Shown here: piece by piece, positions 9,776 to 20,420 of the stretch
How the letters are laid out: the number at the start of each line of letters is the position of its first letter
Position numbering within the stretch: position 1 is the stretch's first letter
Origin: Candidatus Poriferihabitaceae bacterium
Lineage (GTDB): Bacteria > Pseudomonadota > Gammaproteobacteria > Arenicellales > Poriferihabitantaceae
Reading direction: 5' to 3'
NCBI GenBank assembly: GCA_965204165.1
Contig: OZ241969.1
Location: 4,088,735-4,152,734 of the forward strand
DNA: 64,000 nucleotides
Translations under genes and position numbers: made by a program
Notes under the pieces: model-generated
What the model saw: only the letters and a program-made list of their open reading frames with translations
What the model was told of the DNA's origin: nothing
Databases searched by the model: none

Positions 9776-10531
9776 CTAGAGGCCGAACACGCTTTGTCCG
9801 GCGATTTCGTCGGCGGTCTTCTGGCCCTCGGCGAAATCCAGGGTGCCTTCATAGATGGCCCTCCCGGTGATCGCTCCGATGATGCCCGAGTCCGACACCC
9901 TGGCGAGTTTCCTGACGTTCTCGATATTGTGGATGCCTCCGGAGGCAATGACCGGAATGTTGATGGCTTCGGCCAGCTTGACCGTGGCTTCTATGTTGAC
10001 GCCCTGCATCATGCCGTCCCGGGCGATATCGGTGTAAATGATGGCCTCGACGCCATCCTCCTCGAAATGCCGGGCCATGTCGATGGCGTCATGCTTGGAC
10101 AGCTTGGACCATCCGTCGGTCGCCACACGGCCCTCCTTCGCATCCAGGCCGATGATGATGTGGGTGGGGAATTCCGCGCACAGGTCGCTGATGAGGTGGG
10201 GTTCGTTGACCGCCTGGGTGCCGATGATGATGTAGCGGACACCGGCCTGGATGTAAACGTCCACGGTGGATTCGTTGCGGATACCCCCCCCAACCTGTAT
10301 GGGCATATCCGGATATTCCTCGGCAATATCATGGATGACGTCGGCATTGACCGGCTCGCCCCGGAACGCGCCGTCGAGGTCCACGATATGAAGCCTTCGG
10401 GCCCCTGCCTCCACCCAGCGCCTGGCCACTTCAACGGGCCGGTCCGAAAACACCGTGACATCCTGCATGTCGCCCTGCCGCAGGCGTACGCATTTGCCGT
10501 CTTTGAGATCAATTGCAGGTATCAAGAGCAT
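9776..10531 (-). CDS. hisA: ProFAR isomerase
   Basis: [20 protein letters not shown].... Confidence 0.95.
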   Translation of the reverse strand: MLLIPAIDLKDGKCVRLRQGDMQDVTVFSDRPVEVARRWVEAGARRLHIVDLDGAFRGEPVNADVIHDIAEEYPDMPIQVGGGIRNESTVDVYIQAGVRYIIIGTQAVNEPHLISDLCAEFPTHIIIGLDAKEGRVATDGWSKLSKHDAIDMARHFEEDGVEAIIYTDIARDGMMQGVNIEATVKLAEAINIPVIASGGIHNIENVRKLARVSDSGIIGAITGRAIYEGTLDFAEGQKTADEIAGQSVFGL

Positions 10532-10532
10532 G

Positions 10533-11195
10533 TCAGTGAACCCCTTTCCAATGAATGAAGTTTTGCAACAGGCGCAAACCGTCCCTCTGGCTTTTTTCCG
10601 GGTGAAACTGCGTGGCGAAAAGGTTGTCGCGGGTTGCCGCGGCGGTGAACCGGTTGCCGTACGTGCAGGTGCCCGCCACCTCGTGCTCGTTGTTGGCTTC
10701 CACGTAGTAGCTGTGCACGAAATAGAACCGCCGCTGGTCGTCTATCCCCCGCCAGAGGGGATGGCCGGACGTCTGCTGCACCTGGTTCCATCCCATATGC
10801 GGAATTTTCCGGCGGCCGTCTCCCCGGTGCGCTGCCTCATCCGCCTGTCCGCGTGAAGCGGCGAAATGACGCACCTCGCCGTCGAGCAGGCCGAGGCACG
10901 CCACCCCGCCGTTTTCCTCGCTGTATGCGTACAGGGCCTGCAGCCCGAGACAGATGCCGAGCACCGGGCCTTCGTCCAGGCGGACCCTGACTGCCGCTGC
11001 CAGTTCCGGCTGTTTCCCAAGCTGGCGCATCCAGGTGCCGATCGCGCCCTGTCCCGGCAGCACCAGATGGCCGGCGTTGCGGATATCCGAAGGGTCCGAA
11101 CTGATCCTGACGTCACCGGCACCCACATGCACGAGGGCCTTGTACACGGAATACAGGTTGCCGGTTCCCAGATTGACGATGACCACGGCGGGCAT
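10533..11195 (-). CDS. hisH: imidazole glycerol phosphate synthase glutaminase subunit
   Basis: VLPGQGA...LGICLGLQ...FHPEKS, a class I GATase. Confidence 0.95.
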   Translation of the reverse strand: MPAVVIVNLGTGNLYSVYKALVHVGAGDVRISSDPSDIRNAGHLVLPGQGAIGTWMRQLGKQPELAAAVRVRLDEGPVLGICLGLQALYAYSEENGGVACLGLLDGEVRHFAASRGQADEAAHRGDGRRKIPHMGWNQVQQTSGHPLWRGIDDQRRFYFVHSYYVEANNEHEVAGTCTYGNRFTAAATRDNLFATQFHPEKSQRDGLRLLQNFIHWKGVH

Positions 11196-11218
11196 TTGCC
11201 TGTTCCCTCGGGCCGGGG

Positions 11219-11809
11219 CTATAGCTGTCCCTTCGTGGATGGCACGCCGCGCATGCGCGGATCGATCTCGGCGGCCATTCTGAGTGCCCGCCCGAACGCC
11301 TTGAACATGGTTTCGGCAATGTGGTGGGAATTGGCGCCACGGAGGTTGTCCACATGCAGGGTCGCATGGGCATGGTTGCAGAATCCCTGGAAGAACTCGT
11401 GCACCAGGGTGGTGGCGAATCGGCCGACCATGGCATCGGGCCAGGAGACGTGCTGGACCAGCAACGGCCGACCGGAGAAATCGATGACCACCCTGCTCAG
11501 GGCTTCATCGAGGGGGACATAGGCATGGCCATAGCGGCGGATTCCCGCCTTGTCCCCCAGGGCCGCCGCAACCGCCTGGCCGATGGTGATGCCGATATCC
11601 TCCACCGTGTGGTGGTCGTCGATATGCAGGTCCCCCTCCGCGTCCACGGACAGGTCCACCACGCCGTGCCTTGCCACCTGGTCCAGCATGTGCTCGAGAA
11701 AGGGAACGCCTGTCTTGAAGCTGCCCTTTCCGGAACCGTCCAGGTTGAGCTTCACGGTAATGCGCGTTTCCGCAGTATTGCGGGATATTTCTGCGGTTCG
11801 TTCAGTCAT
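11219..11809 (-). CDS. hisB: imidazoleglycerol-phosphate dehydratase
   Basis: RNTAETRI...LEHMLDQ...[11 protein letters not shown]. Start at MTERTAE (cat 11807-11809). Confidence 0.95.
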   Translation of the reverse strand: MTERTAEISRNTAETRITVKLNLDGSGKGSFKTGVPFLEHMLDQVARHGVVDLSVDAEGDLHIDDHHTVEDIGITIGQAVAAALGDKAGIRRYGHAYVPLDEALSRVVIDFSGRPLLVQHVSWPDAMVGRFATTLVHEFFQGFCNHAHATLHVDNLRGANSHHIAETMFKAFGRALRMAAEIDPRMRGVPSTKGQL

Positions 11810-12396
11810 GACGGAGGTGCTGGCGGGTATCCTTGCGCAACCGGGGGTCAAACACTGCAGGTCGTCTGTCGATGGTGAACTGGGTGAGTTGACGGGTATC
11901 TTTCGAAAGGCACGGGTATCCGGGGACGCGACGACCGTTCCGGGGTGATGCCGCAGGCGAAAGTCACCCTGGAACGGGGATGCACTTTCACAGAAATCGG
12001 GAAGGCGTAAGGGCGGTATCCACTCGCTTGGGACGATCTATTCTACCCGCAAACGACGGATATTTGTAGAAAACCCGTGACGTTTTCAGGCCCGTGGAAG
12101 CCAGGGACTGACAACGGGTCCTTAGTCCCGGGCCGGAAGGGCAGGTCCATGTCCCGGGAGTCCGGCCCGCCGGCCACGCACCCTCAGGCTCTGGCGGCGC
12201 CTCCCCGCCCGCCCATTCGGCAGCCCGGTCCGTTTCCGCCCGGATCACACCTGAAAAATAATTGAACCCAACGGATTGACGGCGGGCCAAGTTTCCTCCA
12301 TTCTAGTATAGGAGGTATTGCAGGGAACGGCTTCCGATTCACCCAGGGACACCAACGCCTGTCAGCGGGAGAGCCCCCGATCAACCGAAATTTTCC

Positions 12397-12885
12397 GTGT
12401 CGATGAAAGAAAGCTTGCTCGATGTCCTGATCTATCTGTTTGAAAACTATATGTTTGATGACGACGGCTACGAGCCGGACCAGGAAACCCTGGCGCTGGA
12501 ACTGAGCCAGGCAGGATTCGAACATGCAATGATCGACCAGGCATTTGACTGGCTCGAGAACCTGGCCCGGCTGTGCGAACAGAACCCGGAAGAGAATTCG
12601 ATCGGTCCTGCCGGCGCCGTCCGTCACTACACGCCCGAGGAATGCGAGCATCTCAACCTGGAAGCCCGGGGGCTCCTGCTCAGCCTGGAGCAATGCGGCG
12701 TGCTGAACGGGACTACCCGGGAGATGGTGATCGACCAGCTGATGGCCCTCGGCGTGGAACAGGTGGAGCTGGACCATATCAAGTGGGTGATCCTCATGGT
12801 GCTCAGCAACTACACCGGCGGCGAAGGGATCAGCGAACTGACGGAAACCCTGGTGCTCGACGGCCTGCACGCCTGCATCCACTGA
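12397..12885 (+). CDS. smg: Smg (DUF494) protein
   Basis: LLDVLIYLFENYM...AGFEHAMIDQAFDWLE. Canonical position just upstream of topA. Confidence 0.85.
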   Translation: MSMKESLLDVLIYLFENYMFDDDGYEPDQETLALELSQAGFEHAMIDQAFDWLENLARLCEQNPEENSIGPAGAVRHYTPEECEHLNLEARGLLLSLEQCGVLNGTTREMVIDQLMALGVEQVELDHIKWVILMVLSNYTGGEGISELTETLVLDGLHACIH

Positions 12886-12918
12886 CAATCCGCGTTATCT
12901 GTCTGTTCCGTTGTCCCG

Positions 12919-15357
12919 ATGGGCAAGCCGTTAATTATCGTCGAATCGCCGGCCAAGGCGCGCTCCATGTCGCGCTATCTCGGCAACGATTTTGTCGCGC
13001 TGGCCTCCTACGGCCATGTGCGGGATCTACCGCGCAAGGAAAATGCCGTGGATCCGGAGCAGGACTTCGAGATGAGATACGAGGTCATCGAGGGCAGCAG
13101 GAAACATGTCGACTCCATAGCCCGGGCGATGAAAAAGGCCGATGCCCTGTATCTGGCCACCGACCCGGACCGTGAGGGCGAGGCGATCTCCTGGCACCTG
13201 TATGAACTTCTCAAGGAGCGCAACCTGATCGAGGACAAGCCCGTATACCGGGTCGAGTTTCACGAGATTACCCGGGAGGCGATCCGCCATGCGGTACAGA
13301 ACCCGCGCACCCTGTCACACAATCTGGTCGACGCCTACCAGGCCCGCCGCGCCCTGGATCGCCTGGTGGGATTCAACCTGTCGCCGCTGTTGTGGAAAAA
13401 GATCCGGGCCGGTCTTTCCGCGGGCCGGGTGCAAAGCCCGGCCCTGCGGCTGATCTGCGAGCGGGACGAGGAGATCGCACGCTTCGTTCCGCAGGAATAC
13501 TGGACCATCGAGGCTGACTGCGTTGCGGAAGGCGCGGAGTTCGTCAGCAAACTGCGCCGGTTCGAAGGCGAGAAGCTGGCCAAGTTTTCCATCACCGACA
13601 GTACCAGGGCGGCAGAGGTCGAGCGCCGCCTGACCGGGGCGGCGGACGGACGCCTGCGGGTCGAATCGGTTGCCAGACGGGAAACCAAGGACTCCCCCAA
13701 GCCGCCGTTCACCACCTCCACGCTGCAGCAGGAGGCTTCGCGAAAGCTCGGGTTCAGCACCCGGCGGACGATGCAAACTGCCCAGCAGCTGTACGAAGGG
13801 ATCGACACCGGTTCCGGTTCCGCCGGACTCATCACCTACATGCGAACCGACTCGGTGGTGCTGGCCAGCGTGGCGGTGGCGGAAATCCGGGGGCTGATCG
13901 GGAAGCGCTACGGCGCGAACATGGTGCCGACCAATCCCAATACCTTTAGGAACAGGTCCAAGAATGCCCAGGAGGCCCACGAAGCGATCCGTCCCACGTC
14001 CGTGGAACGGATACCGGAAAGCCTCCGGGGCGCGCTCTCAGACGACCAGTACCGTCTGTACGACCTGATCTGGAAACGGACCATGGCCTGCCAGATGATT
14101 CCTGCCATCATCGACACGGTGACGGTGGATCTCTCGGCGGGGGATGCCGGCGTTTTCCGCGCCACGGGACGCACCGTCCGGGTGCCGGGATACATGTCCG
14201 TGTACAAGGAAGGGCGGGATGACAGGAAGGACAAGACCGACAAGGACATCGTTCTGCCCCCGATGCGGGAAGGGGACGCCGTGGCCCTGAAGCAGGTAAG
14301 GCCGGAGCAGCACTTCACCGAGCCGCCTCCCCGCTACAACGAGGCGTCCCTGGTCAAAACCCTGGAAGAATACGGCATCGGCCGGCCTTCCACGTGGACC
14401 AGCATCATCGGCACCCTGCTCAAGCAGGAATACGTCACGCTGGAGAAACGGCGTTTCGAAGCCACTGACCTCGGCAAGATCGTCAACCACTTTCTTTCCC
14501 GGCACTTCACGCAGTACGTTGACTACGAGTTCACGGCACGCATGGAGGATGCCCTGGACGAAATTTCCCGCGGCGAGAAGCAATGGGTGCCGCTGATGCG
14601 GGACTTCTGGGGTTCCTTCGAGAAACAGATCGAGGAGAAGACGGAAACCGTCAGCCGAGAGGATGCGATCCAGGCCCGCGTTCTAGGCGAGGACCCGAAG
14701 ACGGGGAAGCCGGTATCCGTGCGCCTCGGCCGGTATGGGCCGTATGCCCAGATCGGCACCCGCGAGGACGAAGAAAAGCCGAGTTTCGCCAGCCTGAGGC
14801 CGGAACAGAAGCTGGACGGGATTTCCCTTCAGGAGGCACTGGACCTGTTCCGGCTGCCACGGGGCATGGGTGAAACACCCGAGGGCGAACCGCTGACCGT
14901 GGCCATCGGCCGGTTTGGCCCCTATGTCCGCTATGGCGACAAGTTCGTATCCCTCGGCAAGGAACATGACCCGCTCACCGTGGACCGGGAAACCGTGCTG
15001 CAACTGGTGTCGGAAAAAAAGCAAGCGGATGCGAATCGCATCATCCTCAACTTCGAGGAAGCCGGGGTCCAGGTGCTCAACGGGCGCTACGGGCCCTACA
15101 TCACCAACGGGAGCGTCAACGCCAGGGTACCCAAGGATGTGGTCGAGCCCAAGACACTGACCCTGGAGGACTGTGAAGAACTTCTGAAGGAAGGCAAGCC
15201 CGCCCGGGGCAGGAAGAAGGCCGCCAGGAAGAAAGCAGCCGCGCGCAAGGTCGCAAAGAAAAAATCCGCCAAGAAGAAATCCGGGAAGAAGAAAGCGACC
15301 TCTGCCAGGGCCGCGAAAAAGAAATCGGGCGGGAAGCGGACAGCAACCCGCCCCTGA
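12919..15357 (+). CDS. topA: DNA topoisomerase I
   Basis: 812 aa. Toprim N-terminus LIIVESPAKA, core domains, and a Lys-rich C-terminal tail. Confidence 0.97.
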   Translation: MGKPLIIVESPAKARSMSRYLGNDFVALASYGHVRDLPRKENAVDPEQDFEMRYEVIEGSRKHVDSIARAMKKADALYLATDPDREGEAISWHLYELLKERNLIEDKPVYRVEFHEITREAIRHAVQNPRTLSHNLVDAYQARRALDRLVGFNLSPLLWKKIRAGLSAGRVQSPALRLICERDEEIARFVPQEYWTIEADCVAEGAEFVSKLRRFEGEKLAKFSITDSTRAAEVERRLTGAADGRLRVESVARRETKDSPKPPFTTSTLQQEASRKLGFSTRRTMQTAQQLYEGIDTGSGSAGLITYMRTDSVVLASVAVAEIRGLIGKRYGANMVPTNPNTFRNRSKNAQEAHEAIRPTSVERIPESLRGALSDDQYRLYDLIWKRTMACQMIPAIIDTVTVDLSAGDAGVFRATGRTVRVPGYMSVYKEGRDDRKDKTDKDIVLPPMREGDAVALKQVRPEQHFTEPPPRYNEASLVKTLEEYGIGRPSTWTSIIGTLLKQEYVTLEKRRFEATDLGKIVNHFLSRHFTQYVDYEFTARMEDALDEISRGEKQWVPLMRDFWGSFEKQIEEKTETVSREDAIQARVLGEDPKTGKPVSVRLGRYGPYAQIGTREDEEKPSFASLRPEQKLDGISLQEALDLFRLPRGMGETPEGEPLTVAIGRFGPYVRYGDKFVSLGKEHDPLTVDRETVLQLVSEKKQADANRIILNFEEAGVQVLNGRYGPYITNGSVNARVPKDVVEPKTLTLEDCEELLKEGKPARGRKKAARKKAAARKVAKKKSAKKKSGKKKATSARAAKKKSGGKRTATRP

Positions 15358-15529
15358 AGGGCTCCGGACGAAACCCGTCCGGCGGAAATCTCCCCGGCGG
15401 ACGGGAATTCGGCTGTTTCCGGAGAACCGGCATCCTGCGGTCATGGCCCGTATTGCCGTCATCCGGCAGCGGGTCACGCCGAGTCACCGGACGGGCGGCG
15501 TGCAATACCGCGCCCGCTTCCATGCCGGG

Positions 15530-16642
15530 TCAAAGAGCGCGTCGAATCGTGTCGATGATCCTGTCCTGGTCCGATGGTTCGAGGTACGGATGCATGGGCA
15601 GGCTGAACACCTCGTCCGCCAGGAGGTCGGAAACCGGCATGCCGACGCCGGCGCCTTCCGCGCCGCGGTACGCGGGCTGACGGTGCAGGGGGCATGAATA
15701 GTAGACTGCCGAAGGGATGCCCCCGTCATCCAGGGCCTTGCGGATCCGGTCCCTCTCGGTGGAGCGGAGCGTGTACTGGGCCCAGGTCGTGGTGCAGTTT
15801 GCGGGAATGGCCGGCGTCGCCACCAGATCGGCAAGCCCGCGGGTATATCGCTCCGCCACCTTCTGCCTGGCGGCGATTTCATCATCCAGCACCTTGAGCT
15901 TGCAGCGCAGTACCGCTGCCTGAATGGTATCCAGCCGGCCGGTGATGCCGGTGCGGACGTTGTCGTACTGGCTGGTGCCCATGCCATGAAAGCGTATGGA
16001 CCTGAGCACTTCGGCCCGCTCCCCGTCATCGGTGAAGACCGCACCGCCATCCCCGTAGCAGCCGAATGGCTTCGCCGGGAAGAAACTGGTGGCGGCGAGA
16101 TCACCGAACGTGCCGACCCTGCGACCTTCCCTGCCGCCCCCGAAGCTCTGGGCGGCGTCAGCCAGCACGAACAGGTCATGCCGTGCGGCGATCTCGCTGA
16201 TCGCCCCGTAGTCCGCAGGCAGACCGAACAGATCCACCGGTATGATGCCCCTGAGATTCATCCTGCCCTGCCCCCTGATCCGCCTGACGGTTTCCTCGAG
16301 CCGGTTCACGTCGATGTTGAACGTGGCGGCCTCCACATCGACAAAAACCACCGTGGCGCCCAACAGCTGGATCACTTCAGCGGTGGCCACAAACGTGAAC
16401 GACGGCGCGATCACCGCGTCGCCGGGCCCGACACCGTAACTCATCAGGGACATCAGCAGGGCATCGAAACCGCTGGCGGCGCTGACCACGTGCCCCGCGC
16501 CGCAATACTCGGCGATCTCATCCTCCAGGGCGTAGACCTCCGGCCCCATGATGTACTGGCCGTGTGCAAACACGGCATCGATCGAGTCACGGATGTCGGT
16601 TTCGAGGCGCCGGAACTGCGCATCGAGATCCACGAATTTCAT
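15530..16642 (-). CDS. DegT/DnrJ/EryC1/StrS-family PLP aminotransferase
   Basis: 370 aa (DLAATSFFPAKPFGCYGDGGAV with the PLP lysine context). Confidence 0.85.
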   Translation of the reverse strand: MKFVDLDAQFRRLETDIRDSIDAVFAHGQYIMGPEVYALEDEIAEYCGAGHVVSAASGFDALLMSLMSYGVGPGDAVIAPSFTFVATAEVIQLLGATVVFVDVEAATFNIDVNRLEETVRRIRGQGRMNLRGIIPVDLFGLPADYGAISEIAARHDLFVLADAAQSFGGGREGRRVGTFGDLAATSFFPAKPFGCYGDGGAVFTDDGERAEVLRSIRFHGMGTSQYDNVRTGITGRLDTIQAAVLRCKLKVLDDEIAARQKVAERYTRGLADLVATPAIPANCTTTWAQYTLRSTERDRIRKALDDGGIPSAVYYSCPLHRQPAYRGAEGAGVGMPVSDLLADEVFSLPMHPYLEPSDQDRIIDTIRRAL

Positions 16643-16681
16643 GACCGGATACCTGACGGATTGTGCATGTGTTCCCCTGGT

Positions 16682-17488
16682 TCAGCGGATGTCCAGTTGC
16701 CACGACCTGATGGGCGGCCGGTCCCGTCCGTCGCCCGGATACACCAGGGCGGCGACTGCCGGGAAAGGCATTTTGACCTGCACCCCCGCAAACGAGGCGG
16801 GCATGCCGCTGGTGTCCGTACCCGAAAAAAGTCCGGCCCGCGGCGTATCGAACCAGCAGGAACCGGGCATGTCGAACAGCGCCACCTGCCCCAGGTTGTA
16901 GCGGATGCCGACACCCAGGGCCTTGCCGTAGGCTTCCTTGCGTGTCCAGCAGCACAGCATGGCGTCATTGCGCAGTCTCTCCGGCATGGCATGCCAGGCA
17001 GTGCGTTCCGCGGCGGTCAGTTTTCTCGCGGCCAGGCAGTCCGCGCTGGTTCGCCGCGGCAGCACCTCGATGTCCACGCCGAGTTCCCGGTCGTCCGCCA
17101 GGGCGTACAGGACCCTGTCCCCCGAAAGACTGTAGTTGAACCTGAGCCGGCCGCCGGCGCCGTCAAGCAGTTCCGGCTTGCCGCGGGCACCATAACCGAA
17201 GCGGATGTCGTTCGCGGGAATGCCGGTATACGCCGACAGCAGGTACCGGGCGCCCGCCCGGCCGCCGAGATACAGCCGGCGTTTCCCGGCATCGACGATC
17301 CGCTCTCCACGGCTGATGTCGGCCGGCGTAAGACAGGCGGAAAGGGTGCCGCCGAGGGAACCAAGGTCAACAGCCCACAGGTGGATGTCGCCCTGCAGCG
17401 GCGCGGCGGCCCGGGGCCGGGGAACAGCAGGCCTCCAGTCCAGGGAGAGCATGCCGACATGGTCGCTCAGCGCCGGCTGGCTAGACAT
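16682..17488 (-). CDS. 4'-phosphopantetheinyl transferase (Sfp type)
   Basis: Motifs LGVDIE and CCWTRKEAYGKALG. ATG at 17486-17488; the listed ORF begins one TTG codon earlier. Confidence 0.8.
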   Translation of the reverse strand: MSSQPALSDHVGMLSLDWRPAVPRPRAAAPLQGDIHLWAVDLGSLGGTLSACLTPADISRGERIVDAGKRRLYLGGRAGARYLLSAYTGIPANDIRFGYGARGKPELLDGAGGRLRFNYSLSGDRVLYALADDRELGVDIEVLPRRTSADCLAARKLTAAERTAWHAMPERLRNDAMLCCWTRKEAYGKALGVGIRYNLGQVALFDMPGSCWFDTPRAGLFSGTDTSGMPASFAGVQVKMPFPAVAALVYPGDGRDRPPIRSWQLDIR

Positions 17489-17705
17489 CAAAGACCGGTG
17501 AATAGCTGTTCATCTGCGTCAGGGCGTTTTCCTCCGTACTGGTGTCGAGACCCTGATTCTTTCTCTGCAATATGCGGTACTGCAGCCCCTGGCGATCGAA
17601 CAGCGCCGTACCGCCGTCCAGTCCGAGTTCCACGACCAGTCCCTCGCCCGGCATGCTGAAGATGCCGACCAGCCGGGATTTCTCTCCTTGTTTGCGTCTG
17701 CTCAT
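17481..17705 (-). CDS. hypothetical 74-aa protein, translationally coupled to the PPTase gene
   Basis: MSRRKQGEKSRLVGIF...SPVFDV. Fills the ilvA-PPTase gap, its stop overlaps the PPTase ATG (ATGTCTAG), and it looks GC3-rich by eye. No family was recognised. Confidence 0.35.
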   Translation of the reverse strand: MSRRKQGEKSRLVGIFSMPGEGLVVELGLDGGTALFDRQGLQYRILQRKNQGLDTSTEENALTQMNSYSPVFDV

Positions 17706-17715
17706 GCTGCCACGC

Positions 17716-19254
17716 TCAGGACAGGAACAACCGATACACCGGATTGCCGGTTTCCTCGCGGTAGGTATACCCGAGGTTGCGTAAAAAGCCCCTGAATGCC
17801 GTCCGACCTTCGGGGGGCACCGCGATTCCGCACAGTACCCGTCCGAAGTCGGCGCCGTGGTGGCGGTAGTGGAACAGCGTGATATTGAAATTCGAACCCA
17901 GTTGGTCAAGGAATTCCCGCAACGCCCCAACACGTTCGGGAATCTCGAAACTGAAGATGCGTTCGTGTTCGAGTCCCGGCGCGCGGCCGCCCACCATGTG
18001 CCGCGCATGCACCTTGGCGACCTCGTTGTCGGTCAGGTCCAGCGTGGGGAAACCTACCGATTCAAGCTTGGTGACAAGTTTCTCGATCTCGTCCCTTTCC
18101 TTGATCTGGACGCCGACAAAGATATGTGCACACTCGTCGGTCGAATAGCGATAGTTGAATTCCGACACCTGCCGATTGCCGATGAAGCCGCAGAAACGCC
18201 GGAACGAGCCCGGCCTTTCGGGTATGGTCACGGCCAGGATGGCCTCGCGACGCTCGCCGATTTCGGCGCGTTCCGAAATGTGGCGCAAACGGTCGAAATT
18301 GATGTTGGCGCCGGAACACACCGCCACCAGGTTCTTGCCCCGGACTGTCTCGCCCCTGTCTTCCTGCTCCTTGAGCCATCGCTTGACGCCGGCGATCCCG
18401 AGTGCGCCCGACGGTTCCACCAGGGTCCGGGTATCCTCGAAAATGTCCTTGACCGCGGCACAGATTTCGTCCGTGCTGACCCGAATGAACTCGTCCACCA
18501 TGTCACGGCATAGCCGGAAGGTCTCCTTGCCCACCTGCTTGACGGCAACGCCATCGGCGAAGATGCCGACCTGCTTCAGCTTCAGCCGCCTGCCCGCCTT
18601 CACTGACCTGTACATGGCATCGGAATCCTCCGGCTCGACGCCGATGATGCGCACCCCGGGCTGGACCTGCTTGACATAGACCGCCACCCCCGCGGTCAGT
18701 CCACCGCCGCCCACCGGCAGGAAAATGGCGTCGACGGGATCAAGGCTCTGCTTGAGGATTTCCATGCCCACGGTTCCCTGGCCCGCGATGATGGCGGGGT
18801 CGTCGAACGGGGAAATCAGCAGCCTGTTCTCCTTGCGCGACAGGTTTGTTGCGTATTCTGACGCACCGTCGAAACTGTCACCGACCAGCCGTACCTCCGC
18901 ACCCCAGCGTTCCACGGCCTCGACCTTCACCGCGGGTGCGGTCTGGGGCATCACCACGATGGCACGGCAGCCCAGCTGGTGGGCGCTCATCGCCACACCG
19001 ATGGCATGGTTGCCGGCGGATGCCGCCACAACGCCACGGCGGAGCTGGGCTTTCGGCAGGGATGCCATCTTGTTGTAGGCGCCACGGATCTTGTAGCAAA
19101 ACACGGGCTGTTGATCTTCCCGCTTCAGCAGGACGTGATTGTCCAGGCGGTCCGACAAGAGCCGCGCATGATCGAGCGCCGTTTCGCGGGCAACATCGTA
19201 CACCCGGGCATTGAGGATGTCGGTCAGGTAGGTATGGGGGGACTTGGTTGTCAT
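17716..19254 (-). CDS. ilvA: biosynthetic threonine ammonia-lyase
   Basis: 512 aa. PLP motif CYKIRGAYNKM and two C-terminal ACT-like regulatory repeats. Confidence 0.95.
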   Translation of the reverse strand: MTTKSPHTYLTDILNARVYDVARETALDHARLLSDRLDNHVLLKREDQQPVFCYKIRGAYNKMASLPKAQLRRGVVAASAGNHAIGVAMSAHQLGCRAIVVMPQTAPAVKVEAVERWGAEVRLVGDSFDGASEYATNLSRKENRLLISPFDDPAIIAGQGTVGMEILKQSLDPVDAIFLPVGGGGLTAGVAVYVKQVQPGVRIIGVEPEDSDAMYRSVKAGRRLKLKQVGIFADGVAVKQVGKETFRLCRDMVDEFIRVSTDEICAAVKDIFEDTRTLVEPSGALGIAGVKRWLKEQEDRGETVRGKNLVAVCSGANINFDRLRHISERAEIGERREAILAVTIPERPGSFRRFCGFIGNRQVSEFNYRYSTDECAHIFVGVQIKERDEIEKLVTKLESVGFPTLDLTDNEVAKVHARHMVGGRAPGLEHERIFSFEIPERVGALREFLDQLGSNFNITLFHYRHHGADFGRVLCGIAVPPEGRTAFRGFLRNLGYTYREETGNPVYRLFLS

Positions 19255-19433
19255 GGAAATGTCATTGCAATCCAGAGGCTCTGCTGACGGTAGCGATTCG
19301 CGGAAAGGCGGAGATTATAATCCCCATTTTCCAGTACAGAAAACGCAGGTGTGAGGTTTCCCGTGTGAAGAGGAATTCAGACGGCCGGGCAGGCGCAGGC
19401 CGAAGGATGACGCGATGAAGACATGAAGATACG

Positions 19434-20051
19434 ATGAAGATACAGTTGGTGATTTGCATGTCGGCCGCGGTGGCCATCTCCGGCTGCGTGGCGATGTCCG
19501 AGGAGGAATGCCGGTCCGCGGACTGGCGTACGGTGGGATACGAGGACGGAGCCCGGGGAATACAGCGGATCTCGGATTACCGTCAGGCCTGCGCCAAGGC
19601 CGGGATTGTTCCCGATCTCGACGCCTATCTGCACGGGCTCGACGAAGGTCTGGCGGTCTACTGCCGTCCGTCTAGGGGATACCGGACTGGACGCAGCGGG
19701 CGTCTCTACGGCGGCGTGTGTCCCGAGGATCTGGAGCCGGGGTTTCTCGACGCCTATTCCGTGGGCCGCCGGGTGCATGCGGCCGAAGGCGAAGCGGCGG
19801 GCTGGCGAAGGACCGTCGGCAACCTCGATGATCGGATTGCCGAGGCCGAGGAGGTGATAGACGAACTGGAATGGCAACTCGACAACGCGGACCTGACGAC
19901 GGAGCAGCGCAGGGCCACGAGGGCGGATATCTACGAGTTGCTGACGGAGACCATTCCGTGGCTGCGCGAAGAGCGCAGGGAGGCGATCGCATCGCTGCGG
20001 TATGCGCTGGACAGGTTCGAGGCGCTTCTGGACAACCCGTACGAACGGTAG
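19434..20051 (+). CDS. DUF2799 lipoprotein
   Basis: Lipobox AISGC followed by ECRSADWRTVGYEDGARG, typical of DUF2799. Confidence 0.7.
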   Translation: MKIQLVICMSAAVAISGCVAMSEEECRSADWRTVGYEDGARGIQRISDYRQACAKAGIVPDLDAYLHGLDEGLAVYCRPSRGYRTGRSGRLYGGVCPEDLEPGFLDAYSVGRRVHAAEGEAAGWRRTVGNLDDRIAEAEEVIDELEWQLDNADLTTEQRRATRADIYELLTETIPWLREERREAIASLRYALDRFEALLDNPYER

Positions 20052-20420
20052 CGGCGCCCGGTCCGGTTCCGCCGGCACCGGATCGTGGAAGCTGCCCGGA
20101 CCCATAGGTACATGCCCACCCGGATCGAAGGGCCCGGACCGCATTGCACGGGCACTGCAGATGTTGACATGACGTCCCGGCGGACTATATCTTTCTTGGC
20201 ATCAACTTGCAGTCCACGTTGCTGCGGCGGTGCATGTCATGTCCGGTCCCGATACGGGCCCGGTGGATTCGAAGCACGTGGTCCAGGCCGGGCCGCCTGC
20301 TTCGTAGCCTGCCCCGGCCGAACCGGCATGCTTGCCGCCTTGCCATGAATCTCCGGTTTCGATGATGCCCGGCGCACCGCTTACCCGCGAAGTCGTTCGT
20401 AACCAGCCCCGTCCGGTCCT

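Noticed and set aside
12090-12180. CCGGAAGG-containing hairpin reminiscent of the SRP (4.5S) RNA domain IV tetraloop.
   Set aside because: The flanking conserved AGCAGCC and asymmetric-loop sequences of 4.5S RNA are absent, and the similarity is limited to the tetraloop. Neither RNase P nor 6S consensus elements were found.
19395-19445. Local triple ATGAAGA(C/T)A repeat at the start of the DUF2799 gene.
   Set aside because: It is short and imperfect, and only the last copy opens the long ORF with a lipoprotein signal peptide. It is probably fortuitous.
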